Positions 44,726 through 56,120 of a stretch of 64,000 nt of DNA are shown here, in pieces. The notes beneath the pieces were generated by a model. The model had not been told where the DNA came from and ran no database searches. It was given only the letters and a program-made list of their open reading frames with translations. The DNA is taken from positions 704,001 through 768,000 of the forward strand of contig CBDAOI010000002.1 in the NCBI GenBank assembly GCA_965198005.1. The letters run 5' to 3'. A program made the translations under genes and the position numbers. This DNA comes from Spirochaetia bacterium (GTDB lineage Bacteria > Spirochaetota > Spirochaetia > SZUA-6 > Bin103). Position 1 is the stretch's first letter, and each line of letters begins with the position of its first letter.

Positions 44726-45850
44726 ATGTCCCACGCCGATTCCCGACTCACCGATTCGCAACGGGCCCATCCGCGTCGCCCCGACGCTCTGCCGCCCCTC
44801 GCCGGGGTGCGGGTGATCGATTTCAGCCACTACCTGCCCGGCCCTCTGGCAGGCATGCTACTGGCCGATCAGGGAGCCCAGGTAATCCGGATCCGGCGTC
44901 CGCGAGCGGCCGCTGACGTGCAGCCGGCCGCTGGGGCGCAGCCGGGCGCTGACGTGCAGCTGGGCGCTGGCGTGCAGCCGGCCGCTGGCGTGCAGCCGGC
45001 CGCTGACGTGCAGCCAGCCGCTGGCGCTCAGCCGGGCGGCGACGTAGCCGCGGAGGCGGTGTTCGATCGCGGCAAACAGGTGCTGACCCTCGACCTGAAG
45101 AGCGAGGCCGGCCTAAACGCGGCGTGGCAATTGGTGAGCTCCGCCGATGTGTTGATCGAGAACTATCGGCCTGGAGTAATGCAGCGTCTTGGTCTGGGCG
45201 TGGACGAGGCAACGCGGCGCAACCCACGGCTGATCTACCTGTCCCTGCCTGGTTTCTCATCCATCGACGGCGATCACGCATCGCTGCGCGCCTTCGACGG
45301 CATCATCAGCGCCGCCACCGGCATGTTCACCGATCTCAACCGCCGCCGCCGCGAGCTGGAGGCACCGCCGGTGTTTACACCGCTGCCGGTGGCCTCCGCC
45401 TACGCAGCGGTCCACGGTGCGCTGGCGGTGACGCTGGCCCTGTACGCGCGCGAACAGACCGGCCGTGGCGAGGCGTTGGGCACCCACGACCAGCTGCTGG
45501 CCGCTGGCATGATCGACCACCCGTGGTTAGATTAGAGGACGCCAGCACCACCAACAACCTGCGGCATCCGGGCAACCTCTCCGCGGAGTGGCGATCCACC
45601 ATCAGCGAAAAGATGGCCGCCGCCTTCGTGCGACAACCCGCCGAATTCTGGGTGGCGAAGATGCGCCAGGCCGGTGTGCCGTTCAGTCTCTGCCGGACCA
45701 GCCAGGAGCGGCTGCACGCAGCCGAAGTCGAGGAGTCAGCGCTGAGCGTGGTGGTAGAGGACCCGGTACACGGCCCGGTACGGCAGTTCGGGCTGCAGAC
45801 CACGCTGGGGCGGACGCCAGACGAGTGCCTAGTGCTCAGGTCGTCCAGGC
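44726..45850 (+). pseudogene. CaiB/BaiF CoA-transferase, disrupted
   Basis: PLAGVRVIDFS, GPLAGMLLADQGAQVI, RGKQVLTLDLK, DVLIENYRPG; deletion near 45470 and in-frame stop at 45535. Confidence 0.8.
44909..45034 (+). repeat. 18-bp tandem repeat x7 (AADVQP-type) inside CoA-transferase
   Basis: GSCGCTGRCGTGCAGCCG units read directly from the sequence. Confidence 0.9.
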
Positions 45851-46125
45851 CCTCGGCATGGCGGGCTGCGGCCGCGGTGAGCGCATCGCGCGCGGCATCC
45901 ACCCACTCGGGGGTCGCGAAGGTGAGGTCGCCGATGCCGTCGGCCATGGCGGCCAAGAGGACCGACGCGGTGGCTGGGGCGGCTGCGGTGGCTGGGGCAT
46001 CAGGCTGGTGGTGTTGATCTGGCATGGTGGGCGGAGTGTGGCGTGGATTCGTCCCGCCGGTCGATAGCAGCGATGAGCATGATGAGGATGGCGACGCCGA
46101 CAATCGGCTGGTGCATGATTGGAGT

Positions 46126-46452
46126 GTGAAAAAGCGCCTCCGAAAGAAGCTGCGCCGGTTTGAGTTCCGCGAGCTCGGATTCGAAGTCCGGTTCTTGGTT
46201 GCCGAGACGGTGATCGACGATGCGCTGGACCGGTTCTGGGATGAGCTCATCGGCGAGGGAATCGAGGGAGCAGGCTTGATGTGTGGAGGTGGCGGTGACC
46301 ACGCGTGGGAGCTCGTTGTCTTTCGCGCGCGTGGATGCGCGACGGACGCGGATCGGGTGACGCTCGCAGAATGGTTGCAGCGGCATCCGGCCGTGAGCGA
46401 TGTAGAGGTCGGCCCGCTATTCGACCTCTGGCATGGTCCGGATGCGCCTTAA
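46126..46452 (+). CDS. YggL (DUF469)-family protein
   Basis: KKRLRKKLR..EFRELGF, CGGGG, VEVGPLFDLW; exact start uncertain. Confidence 0.8.
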   Translation: MKKRLRKKLRRFEFRELGFEVRFLVAETVIDDALDRFWDELIGEGIEGAGLMCGGGGDHAWELVVFRARGCATDADRVTLAEWLQRHPAVSDVEVGPLFDLWHGPDAP

Positions 46453-47369
46453 GCGCTTGCTGGGCGTGCGATTACGGTGTCCCGGTCCGCCAACAGGCTC
46501 CGCTGGGCCTCTGGGAGCGGGATCTCACGGCGGGTTCGCTCGAGAAAGAAGCTGAGGTGGGTGTAGCCACAGCTCTCGAGCAGCGCCAGCGCCGAATCGA
46601 ACCCGTCGGCGACGCGGTCGGGGTCGTGGGCATCCGCGCCAACTACCACCGGGATGCCGCGCTGCCGCATCTCGACCAGCATGGCGGGAAACGGGTTCAT
46701 CTCGGCGATGCTCTTGTTGACCCCCGAGGTATTGAGCTCCATGGCGATGCCGGTGGCCGCGATGCGGTCGAGCGAGCGGCAAATGTCGTCCATGATCGTC
46801 GCGGGCTGCCAGACCTCCACGGTTTCGTTCTTGACCAGGTCCGGGTGGGCGAGGCAGTCGAACAGCCCGGTCTCGGCCGCCGCAGCCAGCTGTTCGAAGT
46901 AAGTGCGCTGGTAGGAGCGCGCATCCCCGTCGAAGTAGCGCTGGCGGAATTCAGCAACCTGGGGATGCACGGAGCCGAGCACGTAGTGAAGATCCGCGCT
47001 GGCTAGCTGGCGTTCCACCCAGGGCTCGGTGCCGGCAAAGAAGTCGCACTCCAGGCCGAGGCGCACGTCGATCCGACCCTCCCACTGTTGCCGCGCCCGC
47101 TGCACGAGCTCCACGTAGTCGGCCAGCTGATCGGCGCGCATGCGCGAACTGGCCGAGTACCCGTCCGGCATGGGGTTGTGGCACGTCACCGTCAGGCCGC
47201 GCAGCCCGCGCTGCCAGGCAACTGCCGCATACTCCCCGGGCTCACCGCGGGCATGGTTACACAGCGGCGTATGCGAGTGGGTTTCGTATACCAGTCGTTG
47301 GTGTGGTGTCGGGGCGGAGGCTATGGGGAGACCTGCTTGGGGCGCGCGGGGACTTTCAAGCCGGCGCAT
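46449..47369 (-). CDS. PHP-family histidinol phosphatase (HisJ-like)
   Basis: HSHTPLCNHA, TCHNP, LGLECDF, LGSVH, AHPD, ELNTSG, GADAH; start uncertain. Confidence 0.87.
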   Translation of the reverse strand: MRRLESPRAPQAGLPIASAPTPHQRLVYETHSHTPLCNHARGEPGEYAAVAWQRGLRGLTVTCHNPMPDGYSASSRMRADQLADYVELVQRARQQWEGRIDVRLGLECDFFAGTEPWVERQLASADLHYVLGSVHPQVAEFRQRYFDGDARSYQRTYFEQLAAAAETGLFDCLAHPDLVKNETVEVWQPATIMDDICRSLDRIAATGIAMELNTSGVNKSIAEMNPFPAMLVEMRQRGIPVVVGADAHDPDRVADGFDSALALLESCGYTHLSFFLERTRREIPLPEAQRSLLADRDTVIARPASA

Positions 47370-47639
47370 CCTGGCACGGCGCATCCTCGCACAGGGTGAT
47401 GGGATGGGTCCATAAGGCTTCCTCATCCTCCGCCACCGCCTGTTCCTCGGTTTGGGATTCATAGTGCTCTATCAGTCGTTGCACGCGCGCCTCATCCCTC
47501 GGACGTAGCGTCCTTCATCGGTTTGTCCGATAGCGATACGCGAGCCCTCCCGTCCGGGCCGATCCTCGCCGGGAGACGCCAGTCGCTCAAGCCACCGCGT
47601 GTCGGCCTTCCCTGAGTTATCAGATAATGATAACTTACA

Positions 47640-48013
47640 TTGATGACGGCGCCGAACCGCGATCCCGGGCTCGACACGCTGCTCGACCTTCACGGTGTGA
47701 CGCTATTCGTAGACGAAGCAGGTCACTGGGTGAAGTTCATGGCGGTGCGAACCGACGTAACTGCGGAACGTCCGCACGGGCTCAGCTATTCGCTGACGCT
47801 GCACGCCCCGGACGGCACCAGGCTGGTCGGGTTCGACAATGCGCACCCGGTGAGGGAACGGCGCGACCCGGAACGCGACGACGCTGGCAGCATGACCACC
47901 GGCACCGGCTGCGAACAATCCGGGCCTACGAGTACAGGGACGCGGCAACGCTTCTGGAGGACTTCTGGACGGAAGTGGACGGCGTTCTGAAGGAGAGGGG
48001 ATCGATCCCATGA
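47640..48013 (+). pseudogene. DUF6516-like putative toxin, frameshifted
   Basis: PHGLSYSLTLH...RLVGFDNAH continues in another frame as HDHRH...LLEDFWTEVD; shift near 47870. Confidence 0.7.
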
Positions 48014-48390
48014 AGACGCTGAAGATCGGTATCGCCGGCTATGACCGGATGAAAGCGCGCACGATGGCGATCGCCCGGGGCGAGTACAAGCCCGCCAGGG
48101 GCGAGCCGACGGTCTGGTTCACCTCCATCGAGAGCTTCGCGAAGGTGCTCTCGCAACGCAATCGCGAGCTTCTGGCCATGATTGCCCAGGAGAAGCCGGA
48201 CTCGCTCACCGAGTTGGCGGAGTTCGCCGGACGGAGCACGTCGAACCTGTCGCGGACGCTGAAGACGATGGCGCGCTACGGGCTGGTGGAGTTGAAGGCG
48301 GGGCGTCGCGGCACGTTGATCCCGCGTGTCCCGTACGATCGGGTGACGCTCGACGTTTCGTTGACGCCGCCGCCGCGGAGGGTTGCGTGA
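48010..48390 (+). CDS. HTH transcriptional regulator / putative antitoxin
   Basis: WFTSIESFAKVLS..NRELL...SLTELAE..GR..SNLSRTLKTM; ATGA overlap with the upstream gene. Confidence 0.8.
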   Translation: MKTLKIGIAGYDRMKARTMAIARGEYKPARGEPTVWFTSIESFAKVLSQRNRELLAMIAQEKPDSLTELAEFAGRSTSNLSRTLKTMARYGLVELKAGRRGTLIPRVPYDRVTLDVSLTPPPRRVA

Positions 48391-48559
48391 AGTGCGCACG
48401 GACGTCCATCAGGCGTGTACCCGCTCCAGTTCCGCCCTTGCCGCCGCCAGCCGCGAGCGCCAGTCGGGCGGCAGCTCCACCCGGCCGGTGAGGCGAAAGC
48501 CGGCGGTCAGGGCCCGCAGCCAATGATAGGAAGAGTAATCGAGAGCCGAACGAGCCTAA

Positions 48560-48997
48560 GAGGGTGTTGACATAATCAAGCGGCGGCGGCGAGTCTGCGG
48601 GCGAGCATGCGTGCGCCAGTAAGCCACACCCAGGCTTCTGATACCGAGAGCAGGCGATCATGGTGCATAATCAGGCGGCGGCACCGTTCGTGCGATACAC
48701 ATTCTCCCAGGGCGGAAACTCACGCGCCTCGCTCCTGCTTCACCCCTGCCTGCCGTAGTGCTTTGCGCACCGTAGCCGCATTAACCGTCAGTTCAGTCCG
48801 CCGCATGAACTCGGCGGTCACTTCGTCAAGCGTCGCGTGGGGTTGGGCGGTGACGATCTCGCGCAGGATTTCGCGCCCGGATTCGTCGATCTTGGGCGGG
48901 CGTCCCTTTCTCTTCGCCAATGATCCTCCCCTGATTACCGTTTGCTCCGGTAATCGACAGCATCATTGCCCATTCAGTTTATTATGTCAACACCCTC
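48560..48997 (-). mobile_element. Internally deleted IS5-family element (MITE-like) with intact ends
   Basis: 17-bp inverted repeats GAGGGTGTTGACATAAT, TAA duplication on both sides; remnants KGRPPKI (HTH), FPPWENVY, RRLIMHHDR...SEAWVWL. Confidence 0.88.
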
Positions 48998-49040
48998 TAA
49001 GGGCCGGCGCAAGAATAAGTACCTAGTTTTGCCTGTTGTT

Positions 49041-49265
49041 TCAGGACCGGGGACGGATGGTGTAGTTGCGCAGTGGTTGGACTTGGTGAGGTTCGAGGGC
49101 GATGGAGGCGAATTCAGTATTGGATACCTGGAGGCCCCTCGGGTACTGCTGATCAACCAAGTGGGCGGCCACGCGGAGTCCGGTCTGTGTGGTGGAGGTG
49201 CGGATGTGGTTGAGGACGGTGTCGTAGTCGCGCAGCGGGACGCCGGCCCAGTTTTTGCTGCACCG
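49041..49265 (-). mobile_element. ISAzo13-family transposase C-terminal remnant
   Basis: NWAGVPL...TTQTGLRV..HL...YPRG...NYTIRP. Confidence 0.8.
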
Positions 49266-49462
49266 TGCCGTGAAGATCGTCATCGAGGGCAAAAGCTATC
49301 GCATGGACGCCTTTGTGCGCCGTTCACGGGAACTGCCGCAGTCCTCGGCGGAGCCACGATGAGGGTGATGCGGGCCGTGGCAGGGGGGGTGTCCGGATAC
49401 CACCTCGCCGGTGGACGGCGGCCGCACCGCCCGGACCCGTTACGTAACGGAGTGCCGTGACC

Positions 49463-49750
49463 ATGGCTTTGACCAACGCCCAGCGACAACGGCGCTATCG
49501 AGAGCGCCGCAAGGCACAGCAGCCGCGCCTGCATTACCGCACGCCGCAGGACCGCAGGTCGCGACCGCAGCGCTGGCAGGAGGCGGTGCGCACCCTGCTC
49601 GACCTCCAGGGTGAGTACCAAGCGTGGCTCGACAACCTGCCCGACAATCTCGGGGAGTCCGCGCTCGCTCACCAGCTGCAGGCGATTTGCGCCCTTGAGC
49701 TTGCCGAACTGGAGAGCGTCGAGCCGCCGCGCGGGTTCGGGCGTGACTGA
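49463..49750 (+). CDS. Small hypothetical protein in mobile-element context
   Basis: ALTNAQRQRRYRERR...YQAWLDNLP...PPRGFGRD; coherent 95-aa protein-like ORF. Confidence 0.7.
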   Translation: MALTNAQRQRRYRERRKAQQPRLHYRTPQDRRSRPQRWQEAVRTLLDLQGEYQAWLDNLPDNLGESALAHQLQAICALELAELESVEPPRGFGRD

Positions 49751-50833
49751 GGGAAACCCGCAGCACGCCCGCTTTAGTTCCTTGGCGGCCCCCGGCGGCC
49801 CCTGGGGCCGCTACGGTGCCGCCAGGGACTCCTCACGGTCGCTACGTGCAGATTCTCCCGTGCAAAAAGCCACTGATTCCGATTTGAGAGAGCCAGCCGT
49901 CCAGAAATGAAAGCCACCCGTCTGGCGCGAACAAACCACTTGGAGGCTGATTTCCGGACGGGGTCAGGTCCGACCCTCCGCTACGCTCCTCCCAAATCCG
50001 TACAGGAGGGACGCCGCGCGCGGGGCGATGGGCCGTTCTGGGGCGCGGCGCGGCGCTCCGGAGGTCCAACCGCGAGCCGCTCGCCGGTCGAGTTCGAGGC
50101 TGCTCGGACAGGACAGGCAGCACGCGCGCCGCTACGCTGACGATCTCGGCCTCGGACCCGACCCCCCTTGCACAACCCAACCGACCTACGCCACCCGGTG
50201 TCTCGTTGCGACATTGATTCTCATCGTGATTGTCGCCCGATTCTCATCCTGATTGTCGCGCCACGCAGAATCGCCCAAAACCGTGGGTTTCACCCTCGAT
50301 CCCGCAGGCGTCTCCCACCGGTCCGGGTATCTTCTGCCCGGTCGCGACTCCAACCTTGCCGCGCTCGCTCCGATGCGCGCACCTCCACTGCCGTGCGCTA
50401 CTCTCTCCGCCGCCACGCAGGGGCTCGTCCCGCGCGGATTCCCCGGCGTGTGCTGCACTGCTTGGATTCGATCTACACACGCACGCTACCAGACGACAAT
50501 CGCCGATCGCTGTTTATCTCCCAATGACGACAGACCGCAGTCCCCGAACGAGAGGTCAGGGTTGACTCAATACTCGCCCGGTAGTACAACCTAAACGACC
50601 AGCCGGGAAGGGGGGTCCCTTTGGATGCCGACCTGGGGTCACTTTGCCTGCCGATTCACACCACGTGCCCCACGACCGACCCAACGCCTGACGGCGCCTC
50701 GAGACCGTCGCCCCCGCCTCCTGAATGGCAGACAGACTGTTTCTCGATGCGAACGTGTTGTTCTCGGCTGCCTGCGCCAGCACCACAACAAGAGCTTGCC
50801 GCACGGTAAGCGCCCTGGTGGGCTCTTGCCGCC

Positions 50834-51816
<983 letters not shown>

Positions 51817-51827
51817 TGTTTGACCGC

Positions 51828-52781
51828 CTACTGGTAGCGGACCCGGGGATCCAGGACCGCATAGACCAGGTCGATCATCAGGTTGATCCCCATCACCGCG
51901 CTGCCGAACACCAGGTTGATGCCGGCGACCACCGGGAAGTCTCGGTCGTTGAGAGCCACCAGCATCAGACGACCCAACCCGGGCAGGTTGAAGATGTTCT
52001 CGATGATGACGGCACCACCCACCAGGATGGGCAACTGCAGGCCGATCATCGTAACCACCGGAATGAGGACATTCTTGACCGCATGCCGCACCACCACCAC
52101 CCGCTCCTTCAGGCCCTTGGACCACGCCGTCCTGATGTAGTCCTGCCGCAGCACCTCCAGCATCATCGTGCGCGTCATCCGCATGGTAGCCGCAGCCAGG
52201 TAGGTCCCCAGAATCAGACTCGGAATCAGGAACATGCCGAGATTCCCCAGCGGGTCTTCGCTGAACGTGATCAGCCGCATCGGCGGCGACCAGCCCCACC
52301 AGATGGCCGGGTAGATCATCACCATCAGGGCCAGCCAGAAGTTGGGCGTTGCCAGGCCCAGGATGGCGATGGAGCGGCCGGCGTAGTCGACCGCCGTATC
52401 CTGGCGAATTGCCGAGTAGATGCCGACCGGCAGGGCTATCGACAGCCCGATGACGATTGACAGCACACCCAGCTCGATGGTTACCGGCAATCTACCGAGA
52501 ATCTTCTCCTCTACCGACCAATCGCCCATCAGTGAGCGGCCAAGGCTGCCGTGCAGCAGGATATCTCCCAACCAGCGGCCGTACTGCACGTAGACTGGCT
52601 GGTCCAGTCCCAGCATGCGCTCGAGCGCTACACGGTCCACCCGCCCCAGGCCTGCCAACCGACTTTGCATGACGTCGATGACATCGCCCGGAATGAAGCG
52701 GACCGAGAGAAAGACCAGGACGCTCAGGATGAACAGGGTGGGGATGACCAGCAACAACCGCCTGATGACGTGGGCTCTCAT
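51828..52781 (-). CDS. OppB/DppB-like permease
   Basis: Near-identical to 60177-61130; EAA motif present. Confidence 0.93.
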   Translation of the reverse strand: MRAHVIRRLLLVIPTLFILSVLVFLSVRFIPGDVIDVMQSRLAGLGRVDRVALERMLGLDQPVYVQYGRWLGDILLHGSLGRSLMGDWSVEEKILGRLPVTIELGVLSIVIGLSIALPVGIYSAIRQDTAVDYAGRSIAILGLATPNFWLALMVMIYPAIWWGWSPPMRLITFSEDPLGNLGMFLIPSLILGTYLAAATMRMTRTMMLEVLRQDYIRTAWSKGLKERVVVVRHAVKNVLIPVVTMIGLQLPILVGGAVIIENIFNLPGLGRLMLVALNDRDFPVVAGINLVFGSAVMGINLMIDLVYAVLDPRVRYQ

Positions 52782-52856
52782 GTGCTACGCCTCATCGCGA
52801 TCTTCGCGTCATTTTGCACCCTCGGAGGGGGACAATCCCTCGTCCCCTCCGCAAGG

Positions 52857-54666
52857 CTAATAGCCCATTTCTGCCTTCAGCGCACTATCAATCCAGAGGC
52901 GGGCGAGGATGGGGAAGTAGTCCATGAATCCAAGGTGGGTTTCACCGTTGGATCCGACCACCCACGGCTGGTGTGCCATGTACTTTCCAGCTTTAGGACC
53001 CCATATCCACCAGTGGTTCTCCATGGTGTACATATCCACCTCTTTGACCAGCCTTTGCCGTTCCTCTTCGGACGTAGTGGCTTGGGCGGCGTCGAGAAGG
53101 GCGTCCAACTCAGGGTACCTGATTCCGTGTAAGTCCTCGTGGCTAGTCGAGTGTACCATCTGGCGTACAAAACCCAACGGCTCAGTATTGTTGCCCATGG
53201 TGTGATATATCAGACCTTCCCACGTGCGGTCACCTCGAACAGCAGTAGAGGCAGCTCCATCCAATACGTTGATCTGCACATCAACGCCAATCTCGGCCCA
53301 GTAGGTGGCAGCCAGTTCACTGAAACCCAAAGGAAACCGATAGAGATGGTTCAACACGGTCTTGAATCGCGTGCCGTCCGCGCCGCGCGGATATCCGGCC
53401 TCATCCAGCAACGCTTCCGCCGCCGCCGGATCGTACCGATAGCCGTCCTTGACCTCGTCGGGCCACTCGTCGAAGGGAGTGAAATACCCGCTGACGCCCT
53501 CCCCTATTATGCCCTGAGGCTGCCAGGCTGAAGTGCCCTTGTAGACGCTGCGGTCGATGCCCTCGAGGTCTATCGCCATCTGCATGGCTCGGCGCACCCT
53601 GACGTCGTCAAAGGGCGGCTTGCTCGCGTCCATAACATAAGAGGTTTCCGAACGGAGCCACCACGGCAGCAGCATGATCTCGGGGTTGCTCTTCCGGAGG
53701 CTCTCGAGCACCTCGACCGATACGATATCAGAGCCACCGGCAGGCAAACCTAGGAAATCAATCTTGCCGGTGCGCAGTCCCGCTAGACGGGTCTCTTCCT
53801 CTGTGATGATAAGGCCCTGAATCTCGTCAATATAGGGCAGACGATTCCCCGGGTACTTCTCGTCGTCTTTCCAGTAGTCAGGATTCTTCTGGAAGGTAAA
53901 AGAGCTGCCCTCGGTCCAGTCAGTAAGGAAATAGGGCCCGGTACCGACCAGGTTCCTCCAGTCCTTCACGTCACCGTACTGCTGGATGACCTCGGGCGCG
54001 TTCATATAGGTGAGGCCCAGGCCAAGATACTGTCCAAGAGCTGCGCTACTGGGCTCCGCCAGCTTGATAACAACCGTGTATCTGTCGGTGGCCGTTACCG
54101 ACTCGCCAGGTGGCCGCTGATACGTAAAGGGGCTCGGTCCGGCTTCGGCAAAGTCGCCCAGGCCCAGCAGGCGATGAAAGTTGAATACGACATCATCAGC
54201 AGTAAACTCTCTCCCGTTCATCGGTGGCTTGTCGTGCCAGTTCACACCCTTGCGGATGTTGAAGATGATCGTGAGGGGGTCGGGGGTGTCCCAGCTCTCA
54301 GCCAGATGCGGTTTATAGACGGATAGATCCGGAGGTATGTACGTGTTTCTGAACGAAAACACGTCCCTATCTATTCCCCAGTCCATGAGTCCCAGCTTCT
54401 CTGTAGTGCCGCCGGTGACCCTTGCTTGGGAATGAAGGAAATGGGTGTCAGCATTCGCTGGCTCGCCCGCGGTGGCAAAGGTCAATGTCCCGCCATACTC
54501 CGGCGCCACCACTACCTTGCCGGTGGTGGGGTCGGTCACGTACCTCTTCTCCGCGGCGGCGGCCGGCTCCTCCTCTGCACCACCCGCCCACAGGCAGGTC
54601 GCGGTAAGGGCGAGTCCAACCAGGACCGCCAGGCAACTTCGAAACGTTACGCGTTACGTAAAGCAT
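52857..54666 (-). pseudogene. Family-5 SBP (copy B), frameshifted in the signal peptide
   Basis: 7-bp duplication CGTTACG at 54645-54658; removing one copy restores a 600-aa ORF from ATG 54666. Confidence 0.88.
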
Positions 54667-54895
54667 TCGATAACTCCTATAAACTCCTATCACTCGAGAG
54701 TACGAAGTTTACTGCCGGCCCCTCGCCTACTCTCGCGGTATGCCTGCAATCGCAGGTAACCGAAAAAACGAGGGCGACACCCTGGCGCGTCCCGGCGCGA
54801 CGGCTCGCCGCCCGGGCTCGATCAGCCATACCTGGCTGTCTTGGTCGTGTCTTAGTCGTATCCGGTCTTGGGTTGCATCCCTTCCTCCTTTGGTC
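54667..54895 (-). ncRNA. SBP leader, family 1, copy B (uORF MQPKTGYD at 54852-54878)
   Basis: Homology to the other three copies; SD and uORF intact. Confidence 0.75.
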
Positions 54896-55043
54896 GATTT
54901 GAACTCGAATCCCGTACCGGCGCAAGCATGGCACCGGCGCGGCTACGTGTCAACCACGATTCGACAATCGACAATCGACAATCGACAATCGGACCCGCTC
55001 CGAACCCATCAATGCACGTGCGGCGCCACCCTCGGCGGCGCTC

Positions 55044-55928
55044 TCACCCTCGCTCCGGGTCGATGCCCGACCGGCGCAGGAGCGCCGCCAGCCGTTCGGC
55101 GCGTCGGCGTTCCTCACTCAGCAGATGTTCCGCGTGCTCGGCGCGGTGGCGTTCCTGATCCGCGCGGTAGCGTTGTTCCCTGCCCGTCGGAATCAACCCG
55201 TCGTGCTCGTCCGTCCAGCGCAGCCACCTGCTCTGGACGCCCTCGAACGCCCCCTCCCACAGCCTCAGTCCCAACCTCAACTCCGCGAACCGGGGCGACT
55301 CTTGGCGTTCGTAGCCCCCGTCCCTCAACCGATAGATGCGCAAATCCTCCCGCATCACCTGATGCAACGGATCGTAGATCACATAGTAGCCGACACCCAT
55401 GCGCGCGTACGCGAGCCTCTTGCTCCCGACCTCGTTGCCTTCCCGGTTGGAGACGATCTCCACCACCAGGTCCGGCGGCTTGCCGAATTCCCACACGAAA
55501 TAGGAGCGGTGCCTCTTGTCCCACCAGTTGTCGGCCACCTGCACGTCCAGGCTCAGGAACACGTCCGGCACGATCGCCGGGTTGCGCGCCTCCGCGAACA
55601 CGCCGACGTTGGCAGCCGCCAGAAACGTGCGCCCGGCGCCCGGACCGCCCCACGAGCTGTACAGCGGCTCGGTGAGCAGGCGTTGCTGCTTCTCAGAGGG
55701 CATGTTGTCCACCGGCGTATCATCCTCGGTCACCAGAGATTCGATGTCGGCGCTCACCTGCGGCGCCGACAGCGCCGCGGCAACCCCTGCTGCCTGGACC
55801 GAAGCGGCACGCGGCACGCTCGAGGCCGGTCTCGTCAGCACCCTGCCCGGCTGGGCAGGCTCCGCTCCGGGAGCGCTGGATTGCGGGTCAAGCGCGGAAT
55901 GCCTGCGGTCGGGGGTGGTCGGCTCCAT
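55044..55928 (-). CDS. Uma2-family (PD-(D/E)xK) endonuclease with coiled-coil tail
   Basis: PVDNMPSEKQ, IVPDVFLS, GKPPDLVVEIVS, YYVIYDP. Confidence 0.88.
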   Translation of the reverse strand: MEPTTPDRRHSALDPQSSAPGAEPAQPGRVLTRPASSVPRAASVQAAGVAAALSAPQVSADIESLVTEDDTPVDNMPSEKQQRLLTEPLYSSWGGPGAGRTFLAAANVGVFAEARNPAIVPDVFLSLDVQVADNWWDKRHRSYFVWEFGKPPDLVVEIVSNREGNEVGSKRLAYARMGVGYYVIYDPLHQVMREDLRIYRLRDGGYERQESPRFAELRLGLRLWEGAFEGVQSRWLRWTDEHDGLIPTGREQRYRADQERHRAEHAEHLLSEERRRAERLAALLRRSGIDPERG

Positions 55929-56120
55929 GCGCTCACCAGTATACACCTTTCCGACACTCCCTCCAGCTCGGCCAACCGGACCGCCAGGGAAGGCGACCGC
56001 CGATGGCCGATGGTTGCCTACGGCCTCGACTGGTCGGAAGCGAAACGAGGCGTGTTCTACCCGCATAGACACTCGGAGGGGGACAATTCCGTTGCCCCCC
56101 TCCGGCAGGCTAATGAAAGG

